In this document: positions 9,806 through 22,190 of the stretch, piece by piece | Position numbering within the stretch: position 1 is the first letter of the stretch | How the letters are laid out: each line of letters begins with the position of its first letter | Source of the DNA: an uncultured Gemmatimonadaceae bacterium | GTDB lineage: Bacteria; Gemmatimonadota; Gemmatimonadetes; Gemmatimonadales; Gemmatimonadaceae | Direction of reading: 5' to 3' | Assembly: GCA_963716745.1 (NCBI GenBank) | Contig: OY970320.1 | Coordinates: forward strand, 1,536,001-1,600,000 | Length of the DNA: 64,000 bases | Notes under the pieces: model-generated | Database searches by the model: none | The model's input: the letters and a program-made list of their open reading frames with translations, nothing else | What the model was told of the DNA's origin: nothing | Program-made: the position numbers and the translations under genes

Positions 9806-12442
9806 TCGCTCCCTTGGCGTTCCCTCGCACGACGGCCTGTACGAGTCGCGATTCGTCGAAGTACTTCCTCGCGAGTTCTCGCATTGCGCCCGCCGTCACC
9901 GCCGCGCACGCGCGCATCGTGCTCGTCGAGCTCGCGAGTCCGCGTCCCATCATCCATGCGTCGACGATCTCCCCGAGCACGCTGCCGCCGCTCTGCTGGC
10001 GGATCGCGTGCGTGCCGATCGCGTATTCCTGCGCCAGCTCCAGTTCGCGCGCGGTGACCTCGCCCTCGCGCAGCCGCGCGAACTCGCGCAGGAGTCCGCG
10101 GCGCGCCGTCTCCTCCTGCGCTGGCGACGTCGCGATGTAACTCACGAACATGCCCGCGCGACGGCGCTCGCTCGAGTGCGCGTGCACGGTGTAGGCGAGC
10201 GACTTCTTGTCGCGCAGCTCCTCGAAGAACCGGCCGCCGAGTCCGCTCGCGACACCGGCGATCATCTCGGCCGCCCAGCGATCGTCGTCCCACCGGTCGG
10301 GCGCGGGGAACGCGAGCGCGAGTGCCGTCTGCGCCTTGTCGCGGTCCTCGCTCACCGACACCGGCCGCGCGCCGGCCACGCCGGTGCGTCCAACGCACCC
10401 GGCCGGCCCGCGCCGAGGCCTGCGAAGAGCACCGCGGCGCGCGCGGCCGCGTCGTCGGCGTCCACGTCGCCCACGATCGCGATCGCCGTCGCACCGCTGA
10501 TCACGCGCACGCGGTGCCAGGCACGCAGCCGCCCTGCATCCAGCGCGGCGAGTGTGTGCTCATAGCCGCTCGAAGGAATGCCGTATGGGTGCCCCGCGAA
10601 CGCCGCCGAGACGAGCAGGCGCATCGGCCAGCGGTACATGTCATCGCGCATCAGCGCGAGGTCGGCGATCGCCACGGCGCGCTCGGTCTCCAGCGCGCCC
10701 GCCGGGAAATTCGCGTTCAGCACGACATCGGCGAGCAGCGCCATCGCCGCCGCGCCATGCTGCGATGGCACGGAGATCGACCAGCCCAGTTGCTCGGCGC
10801 CGGCATGCGCGCTCACGCTCCCGCCGAGCGATTCCGCCTCTTCCGCGATCTGCTCGGCGCGGCGCTTGGCCGTGCCCTTCACCGCCGTGCGCGTCATGAG
10901 CGACGTGAGCCCCGCGCTCTCTTCGTTCTCATCGCTGGCGCCGCCCGCCGCGAATACGCCCACGTGCATGAGCGGCGATCCCGCGCGCCGCTTCACGAGC
11001 ACTGGCACGCCCGCCGCCGTGCGATAGATGCGCACACCCGCCTCCTCGCGGTCGAGCGCGACCGGCGAGAGCACGAGCGCGGGCGACTCCGGCGCCGGCG
11101 ACGGCGCGACGAAGGGCTGGGCGCGCCCTCCTTCCAGGATCGCGCGCAGCGCACCGGTGTCCGCGGCGACGGGCGGCGAATTCCGCGGCCGGTAGAACAG
11201 CACGCCCGCGCGCTCCGCCGTGAGGTGCCGGCGCATCGCCGCGGTCACTTGCTCGCCGTCGGCGCCAAGCAGTCCCGCGAGGTATGCACCGCCAAGCGTC
11301 CAGGCGCCGAGCGCTTCCCACCCGGCGAGATAGGTCGCCTGGCCCTCCATGGTCTCCAGCCGGCGCAGCCACTGCGATTCGATCACGCGGCGCGCGCGCT
11401 CAAGCTCGGCCGGGTGCACGCCCACATCGCGCATTGCCGCGAGCTGCGCCCACGCTTCGGCGGTCGCATCCGCGGCCGATGAGGGTGGCCCCTCCGCGTG
11501 GATGGTGAACACGCCGAGCTGGGTCGGCGTGTAGTTCGACGCTCCGATGGAGGCGACGAGCCGGCGCTCGCGCACCGCGCGATAGAGTCGCGACGCGCGG
11601 CCCGCGCCGAGCATCGTCGCGGCGAGATCGAGCAGCACCGTGTCGGCGTCGAGCGTGCCCGGCGTTCGCCAGCCGATCGCGATCTGCGTCTGCGCGATGT
11701 CGCCTGCCAGTTCGTGGAAACGGAGTCCGTCGTGCTCCGGCTCCGCCGGTCCGGCCGCATGCTCCACCGGAGCATCTTTGAGCGTGCCGTACAGGCGCTC
11801 CACTTCGCGCACCGCGATCTTCAGGTCAATGTCGCCCACGATCGAAAGGATCGTATTGCCGGGGCGGTAGTGATTGCGGTAGAAGCGCGTGACATCCGCG
11901 CGCGTGAACCGCCGCAGCATGTCCTCGCGGCCGATGCGCCAGCGTCGCATCCGATGCCGGTCGTGCAGCAACGCGTACAGCGACTCGACCGCCACGGCGG
12001 AGGGATTGTCCTCCTTCCGTTTGGCTTCCTGGATGATGACCGCGAGCTCGCGCGCGAGCTCATCCGCATCGATGAGCGAATTCGCGAACGCATCGAATTG
12101 GATCTCGAGTCCGCGCACGAACGCCGCGGACGGGAGTACGGTGTAATAGCTGGTCTGGTCGTAGATCGTGCCGGCGTTCAGGTAGCCGCCGGCGGCCTTC
12201 GTCGCACGCGGGATCTCGCCCACGCCGCGCGTGGGCGTCCCCTTGAAGTACATGTGCTCGAGCACGTGGGAGATGCCCTGCACGTCGTCCGTCTCATCGA
12301 AGTAGCCGGCTCTCACGTGCGTGACGATCGCGACGACCGGCGCACTGGCGTCGCGGCGGAGGAGAACGGTGAGCCCGTTCTCCAACCGCACGCGCCTGAC
12401 GGAATCGACTGGAAGGAGCGGCGAAGCGCCGCCGCCGCTCAC
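9777..12442 (-). CDS. M16 family zinc peptidase (pitrilysin/PqqL-like); frameshift at ~10370 and probably further indels near 9905-9935
   Basis: LENGL, inverted zincin motif HVLEHMYFKGT, NAGT, two M16 halves; GTG start overlaps the upstream TGA. Confidence 0.9.
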
Positions 12443-13557
12443 TGCACGATGCGCAGCAGTCCCGCGTCGGCGCTGCCGCGGATGAAACTCTCCGCGTCGT
12501 GCGTCGGGATCTTCACGCCGGTGAGGGAATAGCCGCGGCGCGCCTCGGTGGCCATGAATTCCTGCACCGAGCGTCCGGTCATCATGGTGTTCGCCTCTTT
12601 CATCGCGCGCACGATGCGGTCCCACGAGCCGCGGAACTCGGTGCCGTCATCGATCAGCACGCTGTGCTCCGAACTCTCCTCATCGCGGCGGCGCTCGGCG
12701 AGATCGGCGAGCAGCGTGGAGAACAGCTCGAGCTGCGCGCGGTCGCGCGATTCCGCTTCCTCGGCCGCCCGCGTCTCGATCTCGGAGAGCATGTCGTCGA
12801 TCGGGTCGCTCTCCCCGGCGAGTTCGCCCAGCCGGTTGCGCCATTCCACGAATTCGGGATCGGCATCGCTCGCGCGCTTGAGCTTCTTCGTGAGATCGAT
12901 GTAGCGCCAGATGCCGAGTTCATCCCAGTGGTCCTCGGCGGACGTGCGCTCGAGATGCCGGAGCGAGCGCTCGTATTCGCCGCGATCGTACAGGATGTTC
13001 GCGAGGTAGATGCGCGCCTCGGTGTGCTCGTCATCCAGTTCGAGCGCGCGCTCGAGATGTGCGATCGCTTCGTCGTCCTTGCCGAGCCGGTGCTGCGCGT
13101 AGCCGAGGCACGCCTGGGCCTCGGCGAGCTCCGGGCTCTCGCGCACCGCGGTCTCGAAGAATTCGCGCGACTCCTCGAGCATCTCCTCGCGGAAGAGCGC
13201 GCGCCCTACCTGCAGCACGAGATCGAGGTCGTCCTCGTAGCCGAGCTCGAGGATGCGGCGGAAGCTGGTGAGCGCGGCGTCGCGCTGGCCGAGTTTCAGC
13301 AGCGTCTCGCCGAGCCCGGCGAGACCGTCCTCGTGATTCCCGTCGAGCACGAGCCCCATCTCGAAGCTCTGGCGCGCCCACGCGTACTCTTCACGCGCGA
13401 GCCGGGCGTAGCCCACGCCCACGTGCAGTTCCACCGAGCCCGGGTAGAGCGCGAGTCCTTCGCGCAGCACTTCGAGCGCCTCCTCGTACTGGCCTTCGTT
13501 GTAGAGTTGGTGGGCGCGTTCGTCGTACTCTTCGGAACTCAGGAATGGGTTCGACAT
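12439..13557 (-). CDS. Tetratricopeptide repeat protein
   Basis: Multiple TPR-like helical repeats (EALEVLREGLALYP, LGYAQHRLG, ALELD). Confidence 0.85.
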   Translation of the reverse strand: MSNPFLSSEEYDERAHQLYNEGQYEEALEVLREGLALYPGSVELHVGVGYARLAREEYAWARQSFEMGLVLDGNHEDGLAGLGETLLKLGQRDAALTSFRRILELGYEDDLDLVLQVGRALFREEMLEESREFFETAVRESPELAEAQACLGYAQHRLGKDDEAIAHLERALELDDEHTEARIYLANILYDRGEYERSLRHLERTSAEDHWDELGIWRYIDLTKKLKRASDADPEFVEWRNRLGELAGESDPIDDMLSEIETRAAEEAESRDRAQLELFSTLLADLAERRRDEESSEHSVLIDDGTEFRGSWDRIVRAMKEANTMMTGRSVQEFMATEARRGYSLTGVKIPTHDAESFIRGSADAGLLRIVQ

Positions 13558-13617
13558 CGGCTCCGGCGCCTCCGGCACTGAGGGACATCGTAACGTAGCA
13601 TACCGTGACCGCGAAGT

Positions 13618-14547
13618 TCAACCGCCTGCCGTGCCCTGCATCGCACTCAGACTCCTGGCGATCGCCGCCGCGAGCGCGGCGTTCGCTTCCAGCAGGGCGA
13701 GGTTCGCCGCGCGCGCGCGGCCTTTCGTCGCCTTGTCCACCGCGGCCAGCAGGAAAGGTGTGAGGGCTGCGCCTCCCACCTTCTTGAGAGACGCCGACCG
13801 CTGCGCCCCCTGCACAGCCCGCTTCACCGTGGCGGCGCTCAGCGCGTGCTCCTCCGCCACCGGTTGCATCACGACCATGCCCTCATTCCGTGCGAGCGCG
13901 CGGTGCAATCGCCACATACTCGCGACATCCAGCGGCGCATCGGCGCGCGCCGCGAGCGGGATCCCGCTCGAGCGCGAGTAGAACGCCGGCATCTCATCCG
14001 TGCCGTAACCGATCACCGGCACGCCCAACGATTCCAGCCGTTCGTTCGTGGCGGCGAGGTCGAGGATCGACTTCGCCCCCGCGCACACCACCAGCACCGG
14101 CGTTCGCGAGAGCTCCATCAGGTCCGCACTCTCGTCGAACTTGGGACTCTTGTGCACGCCGCCAATGCCACCGGTGGCGAATACCTCGACTCCCGCCGCA
14201 CGCGCCAGCATGATCGCCGCCGCCACGGTCGTCGCGCCGTCCACGCCTTTCGCCATCGCGAGCGGCACGTCGCGCGCCGAGATCTTCCGAATGCCTTCAC
14301 GCCGGAGGAACCGCTCCAGCTCATCCCGTTCGAGTCCCACCGCGGCGACCCCGCGCACGACCGCGGTGATCGCCGGCACCGCGCCGGCCGCGCGCACCGC
14401 GGCGATCATGCGCGCCGCCGCTTCGCGATTCGCCGGTTCGGGCAAACCCTGCGCGAACACACTGCTTTCTAGGGCGACGACAGGCGCGCGCGACCGCAAC
14501 GCGGCCGCGATCTCCGGCAGCACGCGCACCGGAACGGGCGCGTTCAT
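13618..14547 (-). CDS. psuG: Pseudouridine-5'-phosphate glycosidase
   Basis: VVALESS..AQGLP.P.N, ATTVAA, ATGGIGGVH, DESADL, AGAKSILD, LTPFLL. Confidence 0.92.
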   Translation of the reverse strand: MNAPVPVRVLPEIAAALRSRAPVVALESSVFAQGLPEPANREAAARMIAAVRAAGAVPAITAVVRGVAAVGLERDELERFLRREGIRKISARDVPLAMAKGVDGATTVAAAIMLARAAGVEVFATGGIGGVHKSPKFDESADLMELSRTPVLVVCAGAKSILDLAATNERLESLGVPVIGYGTDEMPAFYSRSSGIPLAARADAPLDVASMWRLHRALARNEGMVVMQPVAEEHALSAATVKRAVQGAQRSASLKKVGGAALTPFLLAAVDKATKGRARAANLALLEANAALAAAIARSLSAMQGTAGG

Positions 14548-14572
14548 GCCATCACGCGCCGGCGGACTACCG

Positions 14573-16228
14573 TCATTTCTTCGGACCGCCGGTGGAATCG
14601 CGCATCGCCTTGAACTCCGCGCCCGCGCTCCATTCCGGCACCACGGGCGAGTTCCCGAGCGCGCGGCCGAATATGAGCACGATGTCGGCGAGCTGCGTCG
14701 CGCCGGAAAGATCGAAGTCCGGCCGATACTCATCGGATGGCTGGTGATAGCGGTGCGCCGTATAGTCCGCCTGCTGCGCTTCGCCCCAACCCTTCGGCCG
14801 TCCGACGTACGTGAGTCCCGCGCCGATCGAGATCGCGGGGACGCCCGCCTTGGCGAACGAGAAGTGGTCGCTGCGATAGAAGTGACCCGCCTCCGGATGC
14901 GGGTCGGGCACGAGCGACATCCCCTTGGTCTGCAGGAGATGCGCGAACATCGTGCCGAGCGAGCTCTTGTTGGAGCCGATCACCACGTAGTCCTTCATCT
15001 TCCCGTCGAGCGGCACGACGTCGAGGTTCAGATCGGCGACGATCTGGTTCACAGGCACGGTGGGGTGCGTCGCGAACCAGGCGGAGCCGAGGAGTCCCGA
15101 TTCTTCCGCCGTGACGAACACGAACAGCTGCGTGCGCCGCGTGGGCGCGAGCTTCGCGGCCGCGCGCGCGATGCCGAGCACCGCCGCGGTGCCCGACGCG
15201 TTGTCGGCCGCGCCGTTGTAGATGGAGTCGCCGTTCACCGCGGGGCCGATGCCGAGATGGTCCCAGTGCGCGCTGTACACGACGTACTGCTCCTTGTAGC
15301 CGGCCGCGTTGCCGTTCACGACGCCCACCACGTTCTCGCTCTCCATGTGCGACATGTGGTTCTTCATCGTCATGTCCATCATGATGCCGGTGTGCACCGG
15401 CTTGAACGCGCGCGTTGCCGCCTGCGCGCGCAGGTCGCCCATGTTAAGTCCAGCCTGCGCGAGCAGCGCGCTCGCCGCGCTGTCGGTGATCCATCCGTTC
15501 ACGCCGTTGGGCGACGGGCCGTTGGGATCGCGCGGCAGCATGCGGATCTCCTTCGCCCACGATCCCACCACCGTGTGCCACGGATAGCTCGCCGCCTCGG
15601 TGGTGTGCACGATGAGCACGCCCGCGGCGCCGAGGCGTTCGCCTTCCTCGTACTTGTAGGTCCAGCGGCCGTAGTAGGTCATCGCTTTGCCGCCGAAGAA
15701 TCCCGGCTCGCTCGCCGTGGCCGGCGGATCGTTCACGAGCACCAAGAGGATCTTCCCCTTCATGCTCTCGCCCTTGAAGTCGTCCCACTTGTACTCGGGC
15801 GCCTGCGCGCCGTAGCCGACGAACACGAGCTCGCCGCGCGCGACGCTCGAGTCCGTCGCGCTGCCCGGCGCGACCACGACATCGTTCGGGTAGTTGAGCG
15901 TCGCCTTCGCCTTGCCGCTCGCCGTGACGCGGATGGTGGACGCGATGGCGCCCACGACGTCGATCGGCACCTTCTGGAAGTACGATCCCTTCACGCCCGG
16001 CAGCACTCCCGCGATCTGCAGCTGCGACGCGATGTACGCCGCCGTGAGCTGCCCGCCGCGCGTCGCCGGCGCGCGTCCCTCGAGCAGGTCGCTCGAGAGG
16101 AACTTGAGGTCGGCGTCATACGCCGACGCCGTGATCTTCGCCGCGCAGGAACATGGCGTGGCGCTCTGAGCGTTGATCGACGCCGGCGCGGCCACGGCAA
16201 GAGACAGGATGACAAGAGTTCGCTTCAT
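14573..16228 (-). CDS. Secreted M28 family metallopeptidase with PA domain
   Basis: Signal peptide; SAHWDHLG, NGAADNASG, TAEESGLLGS, RSDHFSF, YHQPSD. Confidence 0.92.
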   Translation of the reverse strand: MKRTLVILSLAVAAPASINAQSATPCSCAAKITASAYDADLKFLSSDLLEGRAPATRGGQLTAAYIASQLQIAGVLPGVKGSYFQKVPIDVVGAIASTIRVTASGKAKATLNYPNDVVVAPGSATDSSVARGELVFVGYGAQAPEYKWDDFKGESMKGKILLVLVNDPPATASEPGFFGGKAMTYYGRWTYKYEEGERLGAAGVLIVHTTEAASYPWHTVVGSWAKEIRMLPRDPNGPSPNGVNGWITDSAASALLAQAGLNMGDLRAQAATRAFKPVHTGIMMDMTMKNHMSHMESENVVGVVNGNAAGYKEQYVVYSAHWDHLGIGPAVNGDSIYNGAADNASGTAAVLGIARAAAKLAPTRRTQLFVFVTAEESGLLGSAWFATHPTVPVNQIVADLNLDVVPLDGKMKDYVVIGSNKSSLGTMFAHLLQTKGMSLVPDPHPEAGHFYRSDHFSFAKAGVPAISIGAGLTYVGRPKGWGEAQQADYTAHRYHQPSDEYRPDFDLSGATQLADIVLIFGRALGNSPVVPEWSAGAEFKAMRDSTGGPKK

Positions 16229-16261
16229 CAGATTGACTTGAGAAAAGTGAGAGGTGGTGTT

Positions 16262-16354
16262 GCAGTTCAAAGCATGTGAATCATGTTAATCCTGTCCAAT
16301 GCTCTTCCTAGAATCCGCGATAACTGCTTTGACAGGATTAACATGATTTACATG
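16262..16354. repeat. Family A element, copy 3 (arms in outward orientation)
   Basis: CATGTGAATCATGTTAATCCTGTC (16273-16296) / GACAGGATTAACATGATTTACATG (16331-16354), 1 mismatch; GCAGTT at 16262 and AACTGC at 16322. Confidence 0.9.
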
Positions 16355-16383
16355 ATTGGGCACGGAACGCTAAGTTTGCAGTC

Positions 16384-16545
16384 ATGACCGACACGCCCGC
16401 ACCGGAAACGCCCGCCGCCGAGAATCCCGTCGTCGATACGTCGCCCGCCGCGCCCGAGCGCACCGCCGTCACCTACGGGATCCTGTTCATGGTGCTCGCC
16501 GCGCTCGTCGTGTACTTCGTGCTGCACGCGGTGCGCCGCCACTAG
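16384..16545 (+). CDS. Small 53-aa single-TM membrane protein (below the ORF-track cutoff)
   Basis: MTDTPAPETPAAENPVVDTSPAAPERTAVTYGILFMVLAALVVYFVLHAVRRH*; GC3-rich codons; fills the intergenic gap. Confidence 0.7.
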   Translation: MTDTPAPETPAAENPVVDTSPAAPERTAVTYGILFMVLAALVVYFVLHAVRRH

Positions 16546-17474
16546 TCCTGTTCGACGGCCGCCTTCGGTGGCACGCCGACGGCTCGCGCGATCTCGGCGC
16601 CCATGCGGCCCATCAATCGCTCCGGCTCATTGTCGATGATCCAGCGCTGGTCCACGTTCGCGCGCGTGAGCACGCACACCACCACTCGCGTCCGCAGATA
16701 GTACAGCCCGCATTCGGTGCGGATGTCGTCATCCTTGCCGGACTTGTGCGCCGCCCGCACGCCCACGAGCATGCGCGTGAGCAACTCCGTCTCGTCGTTG
16801 GTCTCGAGCATCGCGAGCATCGCGGAGTCGGCCTTGGCACCCACGGCCTTCCCCTGCGCCAGCAATACGAAGAGCTGCGCCATCTCGTTGGGCGTGGTCT
16901 TCCCGAGGCCGTACTTCTCGGAACTGTCCCGCGCGATGGTCGTGATCGCGCGCTGCATCACGAGATGGTGCACGCGCGTGTTCGCGAGATGCAGCGAGTC
17001 GAGCCGCGCGTTGACGCGCGCGAGCGTGATCTTCTGCAGCAGCAGGTTGGTCGCGGTGTTGTCGCTGGTCTCGATCATCAGCTGCGCCGCGTCGCGAACG
17101 GTGATCGTGAGTCCGGAGTGCAGGTACTGTAGCACGCCGCTGCCGCCCGCCTTGTCCAGCTCGAGCAGCACCAGCGGATCGTTCAGGGAGATCTGCCCGT
17201 GCTCAACGAGGTCGTAGAGCGTCACCAGCACGCCAACCTTGATCAGGCTCGCGGTGGGGAAGGTCGAATCGCCGCGCAGCGAGAGACGCCATCCCGCATC
17301 CACGTCGCGCACCGCGTAGCCGACCACCCCATGATGCGCCGCCGCGAGCGAATCGAGCGTGCGGTGCAGCTTGGCGGTGTCGACTCTCTGAGCTGCGGCG
17401 ACACCGGCCGCCGCCGCGAGGATCGCTCCCGCGATGCCGAGCGCCGAGAGCCGAGCGCCGAGGCCTGCCGTCAC
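16542..17474 (-). CDS. Class A beta-lactamase-like serine hydrolase
   Basis: Signal peptide; SxxK (ASLIK), SDN, KSG; TTPNEM. Confidence 0.88.
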   Translation of the reverse strand: MTAGLGARLSALGIAGAILAAAAGVAAAQRVDTAKLHRTLDSLAAAHHGVVGYAVRDVDAGWRLSLRGDSTFPTASLIKVGVLVTLYDLVEHGQISLNDPLVLLELDKAGGSGVLQYLHSGLTITVRDAAQLMIETSDNTATNLLLQKITLARVNARLDSLHLANTRVHHLVMQRAITTIARDSSEKYGLGKTTPNEMAQLFVLLAQGKAVGAKADSAMLAMLETNDETELLTRMLVGVRAAHKSGKDDDIRTECGLYYLRTRVVVCVLTRANVDQRWIIDNEPERLMGRMGAEIARAVGVPPKAAVEQD

Positions 17475-17478
17475 GTTG

Positions 17479-17706
17479 CTACGCGTCCGTGAACGTCCCC
17501 GCGTTCCGCGTCTCGACGAGCTCGCGCTCCTTGGACGTCGGATCGTACATCGCCAGCACCTTCACGTGCTCGCCCGAGTAGCAGTCGAACACCTTGCCCT
17601 GCCCCTTCCTGATCTCGATCTCGTGGCCGTCCTCGAACCGGAGCACGACGGCCGGATACTTGGTGTTCTCGTATTTCTTGCGGAGCTTTTTCGGAGGAGT
17701 CGGCAT
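17479..17706 (-). CDS. Hypothetical protein (75 aa)
   Basis: Natural composition; co-oriented between kynureninase and the serine hydrolase. Confidence 0.7.
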   Translation of the reverse strand: MPTPPKKLRKKYENTKYPAVVLRFEDGHEIEIRKGQGKVFDCYSGEHVKVLAMYDPTSKERELVETRNAGTFTDA

Positions 17707-17764
17707 AGCCCTGGGGATGAGAGTCTCCCGAACTTACGGCGCGCGCACGGGGGCTACAAGGCGC

Positions 17765-18955
17765 TCACGTCACGACGGCGCGCGCGCCTTCGAACCGCTT
17801 CCAATCGCCGTTCGCGAGGATCGCGTCGATCGCCGCCACCACCGCCTCCACTTCATCGTCGTGCGTGTAGAAATGCGGCGCTACGCGAATGCCCGCATCG
17901 GGGCGGAAGTCCACGATGATGTCGCGCGCGAGCAGCGCCTGGCTCACTTCGTACGCGTGCGGCACACGGAACGCCACGGTGCCACCGCGGCGCTCCGCAT
18001 CGCGCGGCGCGTGCACTTCGTAGCCCCGCTCGTCGGCGAGCGCGATGAGCCGCGCCGTTTGCCGCATGCTCTTCGCGCGCACCCGCTCGATCCCCGCGCG
18101 CCGCACGATCTTCGGACCCTCGGCCGCCGCGTAGAGCGCGGGGATCACCGGCGTCCCGTTCAGCCAGCGCCAGGCTCCGTGCGCGGGCTGGAGCTCCGGC
18201 TCGAACGCGAACGGACGCGCGTGCGCTTGCCAGCCCGTGAGCGCCGGCGTGAGGGTGTCGCGGATGTTCGGCGCACAGTAGAGGAACGCGCCGCCCGGTC
18301 CGCCGCATAGCCACTTGAGCACGCCGCCGGTGAGGAAATCGGCGCCGATCTTCTTCACGTCCACCGGGATCACGCCCACGGAATGGAACGCGTCGAGCAT
18401 CACGAGCGCGCCCACTTCGTGTGCGCGCGCGACGATCGCATGCGCGTCCATGATGTACGCCGACCGGAAGAGCACGTGCGACACCGCCACCAGCCGTGTG
18501 CGCTCGTCGATCGCCGCCAGTAGCCGCTCGAGATCGATCCCGATCCCGTCGTCGCTCGGCACGTTCACTACTCGCGCGCCGAAGCGCCCGGCGAGACCCT
18601 CCACGGCGTAGCGCACGCTCGGGAAATCGAGCGCCGTCATCACGATCGCGTTCCGCTCCGGCGGGAAGTCCAGCGCCGACAGCACCGCCGCGTGCGCGAG
18701 GCTCACGTTCGCGAGCATCGCGATCTCGCCGGCGCTCGCGCCGATGAGCGGCGCGATCTCATCGCCGACCGTCACCGGCATGTTCCACCACCCGTCGGCC
18801 CACGCGCGCACGCCGCGCTCGCTCCACGTGCGCGCGTACTCCGCGAGGCGGTCGCCCGCCGCGCGCGGCATAGCACCCAGCGAGTTCGAGACGAGATAGT
18901 TCGTGCGCGCGAGGATCGGGAACTCGGGGCGGAACGCCAGGAGCGGGTCGATCAT
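17765..18955 (-). CDS. kynU: Kynureninase-like class V PLP enzyme
   Basis: YL.SNSLGAMP, DFPS, LDAFHSVG, GGVLKWLCGGPG, RGG, DFR...IRVAPHFY. Confidence 0.8.
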   Translation of the reverse strand: MIDPLLAFRPEFPILARTNYLVSNSLGAMPRAAGDRLAEYARTWSERGVRAWADGWWNMPVTVGDEIAPLIGASAGEIAMLANVSLAHAAVLSALDFPPERNAIVMTALDFPSVRYAVEGLAGRFGARVVNVPSDDGIGIDLERLLAAIDERTRLVAVSHVLFRSAYIMDAHAIVARAHEVGALVMLDAFHSVGVIPVDVKKIGADFLTGGVLKWLCGGPGGAFLYCAPNIRDTLTPALTGWQAHARPFAFEPELQPAHGAWRWLNGTPVIPALYAAAEGPKIVRRAGIERVRAKSMRQTARLIALADERGYEVHAPRDAERRGGTVAFRVPHAYEVSQALLARDIIVDFRPDAGIRVAPHFYTHDDEVEAVVAAIDAILANGDWKRFEGARAVVT

Positions 18956-20283
18956 CCGCCGGCCGGCACCCTCGGGCGCCAGAGATAGGAGAGGAAGTGG
19001 AGCGCGGCCGCGGCAGCGAGCGTGATGCCCGTCGCGATGAATTCCTGCGTGGTCGCGGAGAACAGCAGAACGCCGATCACGCCGACCGCGAGCAGCGGCA
19101 CGAACGGTCCGCCCGGCACGACGAACGGCTCACCGTCGCCGCGCACATTCTTGCGTCGCAGTTGCAGCACGCCGAACGCGACGATGGCGTACATGAGCAA
19201 TACTGCAACGTTTGCCACCACGATCAACGATACGAAACTCCCGGTCGCCGCAAGCGTGAGCAGCAACACCGCGTGCACGACGATCGCGCGGTACGGCGTG
19301 CGCAACCTGGGATGGATCTTTGAGAGCCACGGTGGAAGCTCGCCTCGCTCGGAGAGCGCGAACAGCGCGCGCGGCGATGTGAGCGCGTCACCCGTGAGAT
19401 AACCGAGCGTCGAGATGAGCGTGCCGAGAAGGATGATGTTGCTGCCCACGCTCCCGAACACGACGCCGGCGACGGCCGCAAGCGGCGCAGCCGTCTCGGT
19501 CGCGAGCCGCGGGCCGAGCACGCCAGCGGCCACCATCTGGATGGTCAGATACAACACCGTCACGATCGCGAGCGCGAACAGGACCCCGCGCGGCACGGTG
19601 CGGTGCGGATCCTTCACCTCTCCGCTCGGGTTGAGCGAATTCTCGAATCCCAAGAAGGCGAAGATCAACACGACACACGCGCGCGTCATCGTGCTCGCGG
19701 GCGGCATCGCGGGGATCGCGAGGTTCGCCGGGTGCATGAAGAAGATCCCGACCCCGGCAAGCGCGAACAGCGGCAGCAGTTTGCCGAGCGAGAAGATCTC
19801 CATCGTGCGCACACCCGGCCGCGCGCCGCGGATGTTCACCGTCGCGAGGACCCCATACGTAAGGATCATGAGCGCCACACGCGGCACGGTGCCGCCGAGC
19901 GCGGGGAAGATCACCGCGAGCGTGCCGACGAACGCGTTCATCACCGCCGCGCCGGCGAGCACGCCCGCGCCCACATAGAGCAGAGCGCCGGTCATGATGC
20001 CCACCAGGGGACCGAACGCCGCCGTCGCGTACGCGTAGCCGCCGCCCGTGCTGTGCACGCGGCTCCCCGCTTCCGCGAAGCAGAGCACGACGAGCGCCAT
20101 GGCGAATGCGCAGATCACATAGGCCATCGGCGCCGCACCGCCGATCGCCGCATACACCGCGGCCGGCAGGAGGAAGATCCCCGAGCCCACGGTCATGTTC
20201 ACAGACGACGCGGTGAGCGCGCGGACGCCCATCACGCGCTCGAGCTGCGCGTCGGGCGGTGTACCGGCGGGAGTGGGCATCAA
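18952..20283 (-). CDS. APC family amino acid permease
   Basis: VGSGIF, FAE, GGGY, FAFLGFE, GEVKDP; about 12 TM segments. Confidence 0.9.
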   Translation of the reverse strand: MMPTPAGTPPDAQLERVMGVRALTASSVNMTVGSGIFLLPAAVYAAIGGAAPMAYVICAFAMALVVLCFAEAGSRVHSTGGGYAYATAAFGPLVGIMTGALLYVGAGVLAGAAVMNAFVGTLAVIFPALGGTVPRVALMILTYGVLATVNIRGARPGVRTMEIFSLGKLLPLFALAGVGIFFMHPANLAIPAMPPASTMTRACVVLIFAFLGFENSLNPSGEVKDPHRTVPRGVLFALAIVTVLYLTIQMVAAGVLGPRLATETAAPLAAVAGVVFGSVGSNIILLGTLISTLGYLTGDALTSPRALFALSERGELPPWLSKIHPRLRTPYRAIVVHAVLLLTLAATGSFVSLIVVANVAVLLMYAIVAFGVLQLRRKNVRGDGEPFVVPGGPFVPLLAVGVIGVLLFSATTQEFIATGITLAAAAALHFLSYLWRPRVPAGG

Positions 20284-20311
20284 TCCATTTACCCCGCAGG
20301 CCGCCGCTCCG

Positions 20312-22063
<1,752 letters not shown>

Positions 22064-22190
22064 TCCGAAGGAGGACAGGTGGGGGTCCGCGGCCGCAACG
22101 AAGCGCGCGCGCCGCTCGCATCGGCGGGCGCGGCGCATAAGTTAACCGCGGTGGCATTCGGGCCACGCGCAAGTTACCCAATCCGTGATC

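Noticed and set aside
16542..17474. Acquired antibiotic-resistance gene
   Set aside because: Has SxxK/SDN/KSG but is a divergent chromosomal class A-like hydrolase with no mobile context; activity cannot be inferred.
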